Origin: Octopus bimaculoides
Lineage: Eukaryota
Assembly (NCBI RefSeq): GCF_001194135.2
Contig: NC_069002.1
Coordinates: 29,977,572 to 30,027,248, forward strand
Length of the DNA stretch: 49,677 bases
Direction: 5' to 3'
Positions 24,306 to 37,379 of the stretch are shown one piece after another; within the stretch, counting starts at the first letter, position 1; each line of letters starts with the position of its first letter. The position numbers and the translations under genes were made by a program. Below the pieces are notes generated by a model. That model worked only from the letters and a program-made list of their open reading frames with translations. It searched no databases and had not been told where the DNA came from.

Positions 24306-24519
24306 CATGTATGTAGGGGAGAATTCACAAAAAAAACAAATGACGAAGGCAGGTGGTGTAGATTACAAACAGTTGTATTAGTTTAACGCACGGGAAGTGA
24401 AAAATTCTTAACGTTTCGAGCCTACGCTCTTCCACAGAAAGGAACGCAGAAAGAATCAAGGACAGAAAATAAAGAGAGAAAATAAAGAATGTGTAGTGAT
24501 TAGCAATCTATCATGGCGA

Positions 24520-24960
24520 AACGTATGTATGTCATTATTCAGTTTATTTCAAGATTTCTTACGGATATAGGGAAAGAGCCGGTTTCTAACCTAGATCCAA
24601 GGCTCCTTCATTGGAATTTCAACATCAACAGGGTATTTTTGTTTGTATGTATGTATGTATGTATGTATATGCACAAATTTCTATGTTTTGTATATGTATG
24701 TATTCTCATACATATAAATTTGCGTGACTAGACATGTTCATAAGCTTAAATGACAAATTTCTGGAAAGTTTTTTACAGTTCCAATGATGGCTTAGATCTG
24801 TCGTCTTCGAATCAGCTTTCTCCTTTCTGATTTTCAGAAGCCTTAATTTCTCTAGATTAGCATTTACGCAATGTGTTACATATCCCAGAGCCCCAATAAT
24901 TACAGGTATAAACATAAAAATTGTAATCTGGATTGATTGGCTGTAGATTCCTCAATAGTT
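24520..24960 (-). mobile_element. Same RLE-LINE 3' end family as 43530-44115
   Basis: FIPVIIGALGYVTHCVNANLEKL on -, followed by the same UTR (ccctgttgatgttgaaattccaatgaaggagccttggatctaggttagaaacc) and CATA tail. Confidence 0.75.
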
Positions 24961-25002
24961 CAGCGTAGGTATTTGCTTTTCCGCTGATCTTTTGCTTTAT
25001 GG

Positions 25003-25038
<36 letters not shown>

Positions 25039-25084
25039 ATGGTTGGTTGGATGGTTGGTTGGATGGATGTGAGTATTTAACTAC

Positions 25085-25195
25085 ATTAAAGGTACACGAT
25101 TCTTGGAGCTGGCTCAGTCACTTGCTCGTTAATTTCACAGGCAGGCTGTTCCGTTGATCGGATCAACTAGAACACTTGTCGTAACGGACGGAAAT
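25085..25195 (+). mobile_element. SINE family C 3' fragment
   Basis: ggtacacg...gctcagtcacttgctcgttaatttcac...caggctgttccgttgatcggatcaact. Confidence 0.7.
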
Positions 25196-25713
25196 ACTGG
25201 GGAAATGCACACGTTTATGGAATACTCAGCTACTAATACATAAGCTCAGGAGCTGGTAATTCAGTTGATTGGACAAACGAACCTTCATCGCTGAACGACA
25301 GAGAACCACCTCTACCACCAGCACCACAACCACCGTCGTATCCGCCTCGTCAGCAGTTCCGCAGAAAAGAAGATGCTATAAACGAGATATGCTCGTTCGT
25401 AATACATACAAAACCAACGTAAAACATACACAGTGGAGTCCTCTCCACGACCACTACCAACAACAACAGCAGCAGCAGCAGCGGCGGCAGCACTGCCGCA
25501 GCCACAGCCATGATGGCAACCACCATCATTAACGACGCCCAACAAATAATACTACAGCCACAACCTAGAGCACACAACGCCCTAAGTAACTGCAGCATTA
25601 ACTACAAAAGTAATGACAACGGGGAAAACAATTCGCGAGAGAGGCTAGAAATTATTTATCTTAGTAAGCATTTACATCTGCTCTCTTTCTCTCTCTCTCT
25701 TTCTCTCTCTCTC

Positions 25714-25752
<39 letters not shown>

Positions 25753-26284
25753 AACACACACACACACACACACACATACACGCGCGAGCGCACGTGTGTG
25801 TATGCATATATAAATGTATAAATATATATATATATATATACACACACACGCATACACATAAATGTATGTATTTTATATATTTATCTCTCTTCTCTCTCCT
25901 TATAAAAAAACATATATGCGTGTGTGTATATGTATGTATATATATATACATGCACACATATATATGTATATATATACAGACATATATGTATATATTTATA
26001 TTCATACAGATTTTTATGTGTATGTATATATATATATATATATATATANNNNNNNNNNNNNNNNNNNNNNNNNNNNNNNNNNNNNNNNNNNNNNNNNNNN
26101 NNNNNNNNNNNNNNNNNNNNNNNNNNNNNNNNNNNNNNNCACACACACACACACACACACATACACGCGCGAGCGCACGTGTGTGTATGCATATATAAAT
26201 GTATAAATATATATATATATATATACATGCATGTATATAAGTATATATATGAGAGGGATGTTTGTATGCATGCACACGAGTGGC

Positions 26285-26318
<34 letters not shown>

Positions 26319-27076
26319 TGTACAGATAAGCATCTGTCTGTCTTTCTCTATTTGCCTGCCTACCTTCGTCTCCCTCTATCGTTCTGTCTCTCCGCCTTTC
26401 CCCCCATCCCCAGGAGAGCTTTCAGTCTGTGCTCGATGTTAATCATTTTATTGATATTGCTGAAAACAGAAACGTGCTAATTATTTTCTACGGCAATATT
26501 TCCCTGTGTAACATTAATTCAGTGTTTGTGTGTGAAGCTCACTGACATATTGGCAGAACGTAAGATCGTCAGAGAAAAAAAGCGCCATGTTTTACGCCAC
26601 TACACACCGGTTTCATGTAAGTTCATTTTTTTTTTCCACAGAATGCAGGATGGCATCTTTTCTGGTGGAATGTTTTGTTTGTTTTTTTTCTCGTATAGTT
26701 CTTTGCTTTCTGAAGACTTTAGGTTGTTCCATTTCCGTCGGTCTCAAGGATCTTCCTTTTCCATTGGACAAATGTCAGGGGTATTAGAGAGAGGAGAGAT
26801 CTGCATTAATGCATAGCTGCTGATCTCGTCCCTTCTTGCGTCTTAGAGAAGCGCTTTCTATAGGCCAGTCCATCATGTTATGTGACCATGGGACACATGG
26901 GGGCATCAGGATAAACAACCAAGTGTTGTTGGAAGAGGAAAAGGTAACTTATTTATGGACCGCCTGTTTACTGTAGAGAATGTAATGAAACTATGTACAC
27001 ACATGTATAAGCACACATACTGCAATTTCTATAACGGACTTGTGCATTATGTCCTCTATACTTATATGCATATATA

Positions 27077-27122
<46 letters not shown>

Positions 27123-27255
27123 TGTGTAAGAGTCAAAGAGCTGTTATTAAATACATTTAAATACATGTAATTATTATATGTGTGTGCATGTATTTACATA
27201 TATTTATCTACGTATATAAGCATTATATATACATATATATACACACATAATTATA

Positions 27256-27292
<37 letters not shown>

Positions 27293-29039
27293 GCGAGCCT
27301 GTGCGCGTATGTATGCATGTGTGTTATGTATGTTGTGTATGTATGCATGAGAACTCCACACTTCTGAATAATAAATCAGCACATTCGAATTTTATCTCCC
27401 GTTTATGACATTCATTCTATACCAAAGTTGTAAAGCCTCCTAAATCTTTGGATCATTTCCATTATATGACTGAAGGCACACGCACACACACACTCATACA
27501 CACACACACAGACACTCAAACACACACACACTCNNNNNNNNNNNNNNNNNNNNNNNNNNNNNNNNNNNNNNNNNNNNNNNNNNNNNNNNNNNNNNNNNNN
27601 NNNNNNNNNNNNNNNNNNNNNNNNNNNNNNNNNNNNNNNNNNNNNNNNNNNNNNNNNNNNNNNNNNNNNNNNNNNNNNNNNNNNNNNNNNNNNNNNNNNN
27701 NNNNNNNNNNNNNNNNNNNNNNNNNNNNNNNNNNNNNNNNNNNNNNNNNNNNNNNNNNNNNNNNNNNNNNNNNNNNNNNNNNNNNNNNNNNNNNNNNNNN
27801 NNNNNNNNNNNNNNNNNNNNNNNNNNNNNNNNNNNNNNNNNNNNNNNNNNNNNNNNNNNNNNNNNNNNNNNNNNNNNNNNNNNNNNNNNNNNNNNNNNNN
27901 NNNNNNNNNNNNNNNNNNNNNNNNNNNNNNNNNNNNNNNNNNNNNNNNNNNNNNNNNNNNNNNNNNNNNNNNNNNNNNNNNNNNNNNNNNNNNNNNNNNN
28001 NNNNNNNNNNNNNNNNNNNNNNNNNNNNNNNNNNNNNNNNNNNNNNNNNNNNNNNNNNNNNNNNNNNNNNNNNNNNNNNNNNNNNNNNNNNNNNNNNNNN
28101 NNNNNNNNNNNNNNNNNNNNNNNNNNNNNNNNNNNNNNNNNNNNNNNNNNNNNNNNNNNNNNNNNNNNNNNNNNNNNNNNNNNNNNNNNNNNNNNNNNNN
28201 NNNNNNNNNNNNNNNNNNNNNNNNNNNNNNNNNNNNNNNNNNNNNNNNNNNNNNNNNNNNNNNNNNNNNNNNNNNNNNNNNNNNNNNNNNNNNNNNNNNN
28301 NNNNNNNNNNNNNNNNNNNNNNNNNNNNNNNNNNNNNNNNNNNNNNNNNNNNNNNNNNNNNNNNNNNNNNNNNNNNNNNNNNNNNNNNNNNNNNNNNNNN
28401 NNNNNNNNNNNNNNNNNNNNNNNNNNNNNNNNNNNNNNNNNNNNNNNNNNNNNNNNNNNNNNNNNNNNNNNNNNNNNNNNNNNNNNNNNNNNNNNNNNNN
28501 NNNNNNNNNNNNNNNNNNNATATATATATAAATGTGTGTGTATATGTGTATTTATATGCTTATATACAAATGCGTGCACATACATGTTGACTTAAACAAT
28601 GATTTTCGAAAGACAACTTTCTAAGGAAGAAATAAGTTTAAAGGAAAAGATATATGGTTTCGAGAGAAAATTGAACAAGGGCAATGTATACATCCAAAAA
28701 TATTCTCACAGAACTTCACTTTACGATCCCCAGCTGGAAATGGAAATTTTGTAGTCAGTAAATGGAAAAATATCTTATCTATCCAATGAAAAATCATCTT
28801 TAAAAGGCCGCCTCTTAGTGTAACACTTGGCTTGCTAGAAGCAACCTTAGTGACACGATAATTTAATAGAGTGCCCCCAACTCACTCTACACTAGAGTAG
28901 AACCAGAAAGAGGAAAACAATTTGGTTTAATATTCTTGCATACAACAGGAGTTTAGAAACTCTTAAGCTCTAATAAGTGAAAACAGTCTTAGTAGAGTAG
29001 CTTTACAACGAACATAATATAAATATCAGTTTTTCACGT

Positions 29040-29340
29040 CTTCACAGTGTCGCTTTCCCACTTACTACGACCGAAAACCAGCATCTACACAGCTCTCCTC
29101 TCCACTTTTCGCTCCAAGATTGTTTTATATAGAACATCCAAAACGAGCATCTATATACGATATCGTAAGCAATAGCACAGGACTTGCTACAAAGAATTTC
29201 ATAGTCGTTATTAACCTCATCTTTGCTCATTTAGAACAAGGAATACGAAATCTATATAACTCTGACTCAATTCATCTGGAAACTTCCAAATGAAGCAGCT
29301 GAAAACCATCCAAGTATACAGTTCATCGTCGAAAAAAATC
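29040..29340 (+). mobile_element. Possible decayed LINE apurinic-endonuclease fragment
   Basis: TGLATKNFIVVINLIFAHLEQGIRNLYNSDSIHLETS resembles the ...IDLIF...SDH end of APE domains; very degenerate. Confidence 0.3.
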
Positions 29341-30094
29341 CACTCTGCACTTAAATAGTACGGAAAATTGCAGGTAGGAAAGCAGCCAGTAATGTCATGT
29401 AACCGGAGGTCAGATATATTTTCCAACAGTCGTCATCGAATGAAGTTTCTTCTGAATAATTTCTAGACGTCTGAAATCTCCAGACTCACTAATGCGTAGC
29501 CATGAAATTTAACAGGGTTATAGAGTAGCCACACTTATTGACCACTGAGTGGGACTGAGTACTTTCCTTTTACCACATAGTAATCCAATCACATTCTGTT
29601 CGAATGCTTTTAACGTCATAACCTACCTTGACCAATGAAAAGTGGTCTATTTGTGTCTTGTGCACACAGCTTTATTCACTGTATATTGTGTGACCGATCA
29701 TACACTTACTTTATATATACATATGTTGTAATTTACTATTGAAGTCTCAGATCCTCCGTCTCTTTGATCCAGCGGTTTTTCAAAAGAACGGATCCTCCAC
29801 CCCTGTGAACGACCAGGCAGAAAAGGATAGGGGAGCCAAGGAAGCAGCAACTAGAAGCCCCTCTGTGTCAGTGGTCCTACAAAGGAACGGAGCCCTCACC
29901 CCATTGGACAACCAGAGGAAAAAAGTTCTCACCACAAGAAAAGAAAGGACGGAACACAAACACAAGCATAAAGAAGGAAAGGAAGAAAAAAGAAAAGGCA
30001 AAAATGAAACAGCCAAAACTAAAACCCGAAACCCCCAACCCACCAAACAAAAACAGAAAACCCCATGGAGGATCCAATGCCATCCAAAACCCTA

Positions 30095-30540
30095 CAGGAA
30101 AGAAGAAATTACCAGGATGGCGACAAAGTGCAGAAGACTAGCTGAATGGATCCTGAGAACATTCAGAACCAGAGATAAGGAAACCATGATGGTCTTCTGC
30201 AGGACATTCGTCCTCAGCCGCCTGGATTACTGCTCACAGCTGTGGTCACCCACCAGTGTGAAATTAACAGCGGACCTTGAAGCAATCCAGAGAAGATTCA
30301 CAAAGAATATCGTCTCTTTGAAACTGGGAAAGGCTGAAACAACTAAGACTCTACTCCCTGGAGAGAGGGCAGGAGAGGTATGCAGTAATATACATCTGGA
30401 AGGTCCTGGAAGGAATTGTGCCAAATTTTGACAATGAAAGCTACACCAATGCCAGAACGGTAAAACACTGCATTGTGCCAAAGATCCTAGCAACGCCATC
30501 GCGCTTCAGGACCAGTTTCTGCAACAGCCTAGGTTTCAGG
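30095..30540 (+). mobile_element. Decayed CR1/L2-group LINE, RT C-terminal region
   Basis: MATKCRRLAEWILRTFRTRDKETMMVFCRTFVLSRLDYCSQLWSP...LEAIQRRFTK, then after a frameshift WERLKQLRLYSLERGRER...IYIWKVLEG. Confidence 0.8.
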
Positions 30541-30820
30541 TTGTGAGTTTGATTCCCGGGCTCGGCTGCGTGTTATGTTCTTGAGCAAGACACTTTCTTC
30601 CACGTTGCTCCAGTTCACTCATCTGTAGAGATGAATTGCAACGTCACTGGTGCCAAGTTATGTCGGCCTTTGCCTTTCCCTTGGCATGCAGAAGGGAGGC
30701 TGGTATGCATGGATGACTGCTGGTCTTCCATAAAGTACCTTGCCCGGACTTGTGCCACGGAGGGTAACTTTCTAGGTGCAATCCCATCGTCATTCATCAC
30801 TGAAAGGGGTCACCCTTACC
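30539..30820 (+). mobile_element. SINE family D (B-box plus CORE-like box), 5'-truncated
   Basis: gagtttgattcccggg (B-box-like) then gttcttgagcaagacactt (CORE/V-SINE-like); abuts the CR1/L2 fragment. Confidence 0.55.
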
Positions 30821-31307
30821 CTATATACATACATATATNNNNNNNNNNNNNNNNNNNNNNNNNNNNNNNNNNNNNNNNNNNNNNNNNNNNNNNNNNNNNN
30901 NNNNNNNNNNNNNNNNNNNNNNNNNNNNNNNNNNNNNNNNNNNNNNNNNNNNNNNNNNNNNNNNNNNNNNNNNNNNNNNNNNNNNNNNNNNNNNNNNNNN
31001 NNNNNNNNNNNNNNNNNNNNNNNNNNNNNNNNNNNNNNNNNNNNNNNNNNNNNNNNNNNNNNNNNNNNNNNNNNNNNNNNNNNNNNNNNNNNNNNNNNNN
31101 NNNNNNNNNNNNNNNNNNNNNNNNNNNNNNNNNNNNNNNNNNNNNNNNNNNNNNNNNNNNNNNNNNNNNNNNNNNNNNNNNNNNNNNNNNNNNNNNNNNN
31201 NNNNNNNNNNNNNNNNNNNNNNNNNNNNNNNNNNNNNNNNNNNNNNNNNNNNNNNNNNNNNNNNNNGATCGTACTGCATTACCACTGGATATCCTTATTG
31301 CTTATTT

Positions 31308-31354
<47 letters not shown>

Positions 31355-32095
31355 ATGGCAATATGTTAACTCAGCATCAAGAAACAACAGACTAAACAAA
31401 AATACCAACCTACAGCAAAATATATTTTTTTAAAAACCAGGAATATCACCACCACCACAACCACCACCACAACCACCACCACCATCACCATTACTCTAAC
31501 TTCTACTGGAACAACAACTTGAGTGAGAGATTCAGTTGCGCAGGTGTGCTTCCACAGAAATTGGCATTTTGTAGATAATACAAACTGTCTCCTTCCTCTT
31601 CCCTCTCCACCTCCTCCATAACCCCCTCCACCTCCCCTTGTCCACAGTAGAAAACATACAGTGAACCCCCGTCTTCCTTCCTTCTTCCTAACTCACATTT
31701 GATAATATATATTTATGCATATAGCCCCCACTCTCACTCCACCTCACCATCAATAATATACACCATCCCCGCCGCAACCATCTCCAGTCAGCCTGCCTCA
31801 CTTCACGTTCCTCCATGAGTACAGCTTACAACAATCAACATAACACCAAGACTCACTCTCTCTCGCGTTCTCTATCTCTCTTTCTCCTTTGTTCTTCTCT
31901 TTCTTTTATTTGTCAAAATATGTATGCATGTGTGTATGTACGGATGTATGCACTTATGTAAGCATGCATGTATGTATGTGGCTCTTACGTTTAACTATTT
32001 ATCTAGGTAGAGTGAGAAAGAAATAGATGGATGATGGATAGGGAGACACAGACAGACAGACAGACAGTTATATAAAGAGATAGATAGCTACATAC

Positions 32096-32156
<61 letters not shown>

Positions 32157-32657
32157 CTGACAAATATTTTGTCGGCCTTCTAGCGCTGTCAACCAAAACT
32201 CTTTATTATTGTCTTTAGACAAAAAAAGAGTAATAACACATTGGATGTATGATCCATGCATCAGTGAAATGGTGGATTAGAAGCTTATCTTTATTTCAAA
32301 ATTATAGGTTCTGTATTTATACCTAACCCTATCTCTATATTCATATACAGCAGACACAGTACCTGATGACGGCTGGAAATCAAATCGCTCGAAATAAAAG
32401 TATGAAAAATCTAAACAATGTTTCTGTGGAAATAAGACTGTCACTGGTCTTGAAAAGTGTGACGTATCAACATTATGTGATGTTTATTGTTCAATGACCA
32501 TAAAGAATGATGGTGGGTACCATTTTTATTCATATAGTCTGTTTACTCTTATCAAGCAAGAATTAGACTCCATATATATTTATAAATTTATTCGTTTTTG
32601 CTCCAGTCGGGGAATTTAGCGTGTTCGTTTTGTAATTGGCATTTTTATTACTATTTT

Positions 32658-32850
32658 TATTACCTCTGCCTTAGCGAAGGCAGAGGTATTGTTTTCAGTC
32701 GTGTTTGTTTGTCCGTGGACAAGATATCTGAAGAACCGCTGGATGGATTCGGATAAAACTTTCAGGGATTTTTGGCCTCGTAACTGGCACAAACTGATTA
32801 GGTTTTGGGATTGATCCGGTACCGGACAAAGATCCTGCATTATTTTTTAA
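32658..32850 (+). mobile_element. Helentron-associated/DINE-1-like non-autonomous element, 5' part
   Basis: ttatt-ACCTCTGCC-ttagcgaa-GGCAGAGGT (perfect 9-bp inverted repeat), then a gtttgtttgt microsatellite and ...gatggattcggataaaactttcaggg, the usual HINE/DINE-1 layout. Confidence 0.6.
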
Positions 32851-32934
32851 ATGTCTGCCTCCTCGTTCCGTTTTGATGAACTCCACGATCGATACTTCCA
32901 CATGTCAACTTATTGTCCAATCAGCGAATTCTGC

Positions 32935-33115
32935 CGTACTGGCAGAATCGTTAGCACGCCGGACTAAATCCTTGGTGGCATTCAGTCCGTCTCTACGTTT
33001 TGAGCTCAAATTCTGCCGAGGCCAACTGGTCGATAAAATAAATGACCTGTTGAGCTCTGGGATCGAAGTAATCGACTTATCCCCCATTCACCCGAAATTG
33101 TTGGCCTTGAAACCA
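32935..33115 (+). mobile_element. SINE family B (internal deletion)
   Basis: ctggcagaatcgttagcacgccgg...gagctcaaattctgccgagg...gtcgataaaataaa...gatcgaagtaatcgactt. Confidence 0.8.
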
Positions 33116-33601
33116 ATATATTGACTCGACATCCAATCAGGAGAAAAGAACAAAAGAAAAGACAAAACCTACAACAACAACAATACAAACAGCAGATTCA
33201 CAACAACAAAAGTGGCACCACCGCTACCATTACTATTACTACTACTAACAACCACAACAACTACAAAAAAATCAATAAAAACAGTGAGCACATCGACATC
33301 ACTTGACTCCGCCATCGAGTGTGCATCGAGTGTGGCCGCTTTATCGTCTAGAAATAGCAGTTAAATCTCCTGAATATGATATGCAGTAATGTGTGATATG
33401 AAGGAGAGGGTGAGAGAAGTAAACATGGGCAGAGATAGGAAAGGAGGGAAAGAAGGAGGGAGAGAAAGAGAGAGAGAAAGAAGGAGGTGGGGAGGATAGA
33501 GAGGAAGAGAATGAGGGAGAGAGAGAGATGAAGGTGAAATAGAGAAGAAGGGAGAAAGTTGTGAAGGCGAAAGAGTGGGAGGGAGAGAAGGAAGGAGGGA
33601 G

Positions 33602-33696
33602 TGAGGGAAGAGAGAGGGAGTGAGGGAAGAGAGAGGGAGTGAGGGAAGAGAGAGGGAGTGAGGGAAGAGAGAGGGAGTGAGGGAAGAGAGAGGGAG
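33602..33696. repeat. 19-bp minisatellite, 5 copies (tgagggaagagagagggag)
   Basis: Five exact tandem copies counted. Confidence 0.9.
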
Positions 33697-33925
33697 AGGG
33701 AGAGGAGGGGAGGCGAGATGGAGTAGAGAACACTCGTATAATATAATCCTGGATCATATTATAATCATCATTATCATCATCAACAGCATCAACAGCATAA
33801 TCATCACTATCATCATCATCATCTTCATCATTATTACCATCAACATCCTTATCGCCACCTTCAACCCCTATCACCGACGCCATCATCGACATCATTGTCA
33901 TCGTAATCATCATCATCATCATCAC

Positions 33926-33957
<32 letters not shown>

Positions 33958-34091
33958 CATTGAACGACCATGTTTCCATGCTGGCATGGCTTGGAAACAA
34001 AAATTACAAACGGGATAGTCACGACTGGAATAAAGGCCTGGGGGCGAACGAGATTAAACAAGAACAGCATTAAATAGCAAGCAACTACTAC

Positions 34092-34134
<43 letters not shown>

Positions 34135-35274
34135 CAGCAATTGATGCTGCTACTACTACTGCTGCTACTACTACAATTTCTTATCGCTGTCATCTCATCT
34201 GATCAAAATGAAACCCTCTCGGAAAGTAGAATGTCTTCGAGGTAAACCGAGTTTCTGATATTCGACTCAGCATCTGTTTCCTTATCGAATGGAAGTTTAC
34301 AAAATAATCTCCTGTGTCTATCGATGTCGGTCATTGCTCGAGGCTTCACTGCGAGCACAATAAAGTGGGAGGCTATAGCATCTAAGGGAAGTAATTCTGT
34401 CAAAAGGTTATTCAAGCATTATTGAATTTAATAAGGTCTTTTTTATTTATTTTTTTGGTGGTGGGGAGGAGTCGTTTTGTGTGTGTGTGTATGAGTGTGT
34501 ACGTATGTGTGTGAATGTATGTGTGCGTGTGCTTGTGCGTTTTAAACAAAGAAGCAAGCCAAGATATGCTTGTGGAGTAATGACGTTGGTAGAATTTATC
34601 TGGCTTATATTATTAGTACTTACTCAACAAGGGAGATAACAACTGATTTTTTTCCCTAACCAGTCATTCTACGCCTAGAGAGCAATTCGGAAAATTTCTC
34701 ACTAACCGCAAAGACCTAAAAGGGGCTCATTTATATATATATATATATANNNNNNNNNNGTCAAACTCTGTTTAAGGAGTAGACAACCACCATGTATGTA
34801 TGTATGTGTCTTTGATGCATGTGTAGGAATGTGTAAGTGGAAACAAGATCTGAAGAAATAGCTCAGAAGTCTTCTTCGCAATTATGAAGGTTCGATCTAA
34901 GGAAGAGAATCTTGAAAGTGTATTTTACCTTAGCCGCCTTGAATTGATCCAAGCTTTCTGAAACTGAGTGGATTCCCTTTTTAAATTCCTTGTAGCAGAA
35001 GTAGAAAGCTTCAACATTTTTTACAACCGGTGTCACGCTGATTTTACATGGAAGTTGCTTTATGGGTACACGTATGTGTGGAATATTCGGTCACTTAAGG
35101 CTAGTTCGCTGACTGGGTAGTTTATTTGATCGTACGAGGGGAAAACGCATCATCGAAAGCGGTGAAAGATCACTTTAGCCAAACCACTACATAAAGAAAA
35201 CCACCGAAATCTGATTGAGTGTTCGTGTGTGAGTCTAGAGGATGCTTGTGCTTATATTCGCATATACAAACATA

Positions 35275-35338
<64 letters not shown>

Positions 35339-35661
35339 NNNNNNNNNNNNNNNNNNNNNNNNNNNNNNNNNNNNNNNNNNNNNNNNNNNNNNNNNNNNNN
35401 NNNNNNNNNNNNNNNNNNNNNNNNNNNNNNNNNNNNNNNNNNNNNNNNNNNNNNNNNNNNNNNNNNNNNNNNNNNNNNNNNNNNNNNNNNNNNNNNNNNN
35501 NNNNNNNNNNNNNNNNNNNNNNNNNNNNNNNNNNNNNNNNNNNNNNNNNNNNNNNNNNNNNNNNNNNNNNNNNNNNNNNNNNNNNNNNNNNNNNNNNNNN
35601 NNNNNNNNNNNNNNNNNNNNNNNNNNNNNNNNNNNNNNNNNNNNNNNNNNNNNNNNNNNNN

Positions 35662-35709
<48 letters not shown>

Positions 35710-36104
35710 GTATGTATGTATGTATACATGTGTGTATGTATATGTGCGGGTGTATGAGTATGTATGTGTGTGTGTGTGTGTGTGTGTGTTATGTGTGCAA
35801 TGTAGTAATGTTTTCAAGAGGAACTTAGTCACAGCTGACATTTCCAACAAAATAATCGCTAATCGTTCCTAAGCTGTCATATTTCTACATTTACAGACGA
35901 AAACATTGAAACGCACACATACACACACACACAAACACACATATATTCTTACACGCACATACCCACATTTTCATACACACATTCATGCACACATACACAT
36001 GCTCATACGCGCGTACACACACGCATAGTTACACGCATACATTCATATAAACATATACACACATATTAACACACATTTATACACCCTCACAGATATTCAC
36101 ATCG

Positions 36105-36295
36105 GTGCTCTCCTTTTCTACTCTAAGCACAAGGCCCGAAATTTGTGGGGAGGGTGCCAGTCGATTAGATCGACCCCAGTACGCAACTGGTACTTAATTT
36201 ATCGTCCCCGAAAGGATGAAAGGCAAAATCGACCTCGGCGGAATTTGAATTCAGAACGCAAAGACAGATGAAATACCGCTAAGTATTTTCCACGG
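36105..36295 (-). mobile_element. SINE family B
   Basis: Reverse complement of aaatacttagcggtatttcatctg...ctgaattcaaattccgccgaggtcgattttgcc...aagtaccagttgcgtactggggtcg. Confidence 0.85.
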
Positions 36296-36309
36296 AACAC
36301 CTTGGTTAT

Positions 36310-36790
36310 ATAAGACCTACGACTACCGAGGTATTGCTGAAGACATTCTACAGGAAGTTGCTCTGAACCAATATTGAGCAATCATAGAATATTGTATCAG
36401 ACCCAAACTAAAGATATAGCAGTCAGAAGCTTCCTCTTGTAAGACAATATCCCACAATGCATTTGTAGTACCAGTGCTGATACGAATCTTAGCTTCAAGC
36501 GCCACCAGCCGAGGCTCAGCAGCTTGTCAGGTTGAGAAAAGCAAACTGTCAAAGTATTGGTCACTCTCTGATAGGTTTATGGTCAAGCTTGCGGTAGTGG
36601 AAACCTCCGGCGTTCTTGGTCCCTGCTATCGTGAAAGGAGATGGCTATCCGCAAGTGTAAGCCCCGAGGATCTGAGTGACTGTTCCAGCACATCTCTCTC
36701 ACCTTCCTCCAGGGCCAACGCCTTTTCCATTTTATCTTCTTGGACCATGAGACGGTCTGAATTACAGGAAATCCAGAGAATTTAGGCATT
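36310..36790 (+). mobile_element. Decayed CRE-like non-LTR retrotransposon C-terminus
   Basis: RGSAACQVEKSKLSKYWSLSDRF...AVVETSGVLGP...RANAFSIL matches the K..KY..L...F.P.A.ET.G..G / GNA C-terminal pattern of CRE-clade elements. Confidence 0.6.
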
Positions 36791-36992
36791 TCCTAGCTTA
36801 CTACACGAGCAATAAACCTATACAACCCCTCACACATAAATTCTGCTCTAGATTTCTCTACCATATAATTGTTGTTGTCTATCAGTTATATCCTGTGTAC
36901 AATATTATTCATCATACTTTATAACAGGACCTAAAACTTAGTGAGTGCAAAACAAACTACTTAAACATTAGCCCATGCTACATACACTGCGT

Positions 36993-37379
36993 GGAGGCGC
37001 AATGGCCCAGTGATTAGGACAGCGGACTTGCGGTCGTGGGATCGCGGTTTCGATTCCCAGACCGGGCGTTGTGAGTGTTTATTGGGCGAAAACACTTACA
37101 GCTCCACGAGGCTCCGGCAGGGGATGGTGGCGAACTCTGCTGTACTCTTTCACCACAACTTTCTCTCACTCTTTCTTCCTGTTTCTGTTATGCCTGTAAT
37201 TCAAAGGGCCAGCCTTCTCACACTGTGTCACGCTGAATATCCTCGAGAACTACGTTAAGGGTACACGTGTCTGTGGAGTGCTCAGCCACTTGCACGTTAA
37301 TTTCACGAGCAGGCTGTTCCATTGATCGGATCAACTGGAATCATCGATGTCGTAAGCGACGGAGTGCCAACAACAACAA
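36993..37379 (+). mobile_element. Full-length tRNA-headed SINE family C with (CAA)n tail and 100-bp flanking direct repeat
   Basis: A-box TGGCCCAGTG, B-box GGTTTCGATTCCC, ends gcgacggagtgccaacaacaac; flanked by 36891-36990 and 37380-37479 (9 mismatches, no indels). Confidence 0.9.

Noticed and set aside
25755-26225. ~85-bp direct repeat on both sides of the gap at 26049-26139
   Set aside because: Microsatellite-rich duplicate flanking an N gap; most likely an unmerged contig overlap.
26860-26943. + strand exon-like segment QSIMLCDHGTHGGIRINNQVLLEEEK ending at a GTAACT donor
   Set aside because: No recognisable homology, not the expected TSP1/PLAC exon, and no partner exons found.
29739-30431. 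230-aa ORF with K-rich N-terminus
   Set aside because: The C-terminal part is a frameshifted CR1/L2 RT remnant and the N-terminal part is low-complexity; treated as a decayed LINE.
32355-32400. CTGATGA...GAAA hammerhead-like spacing
   Set aside because: No stem III or NUH cleavage triplet, and stem II is weak.
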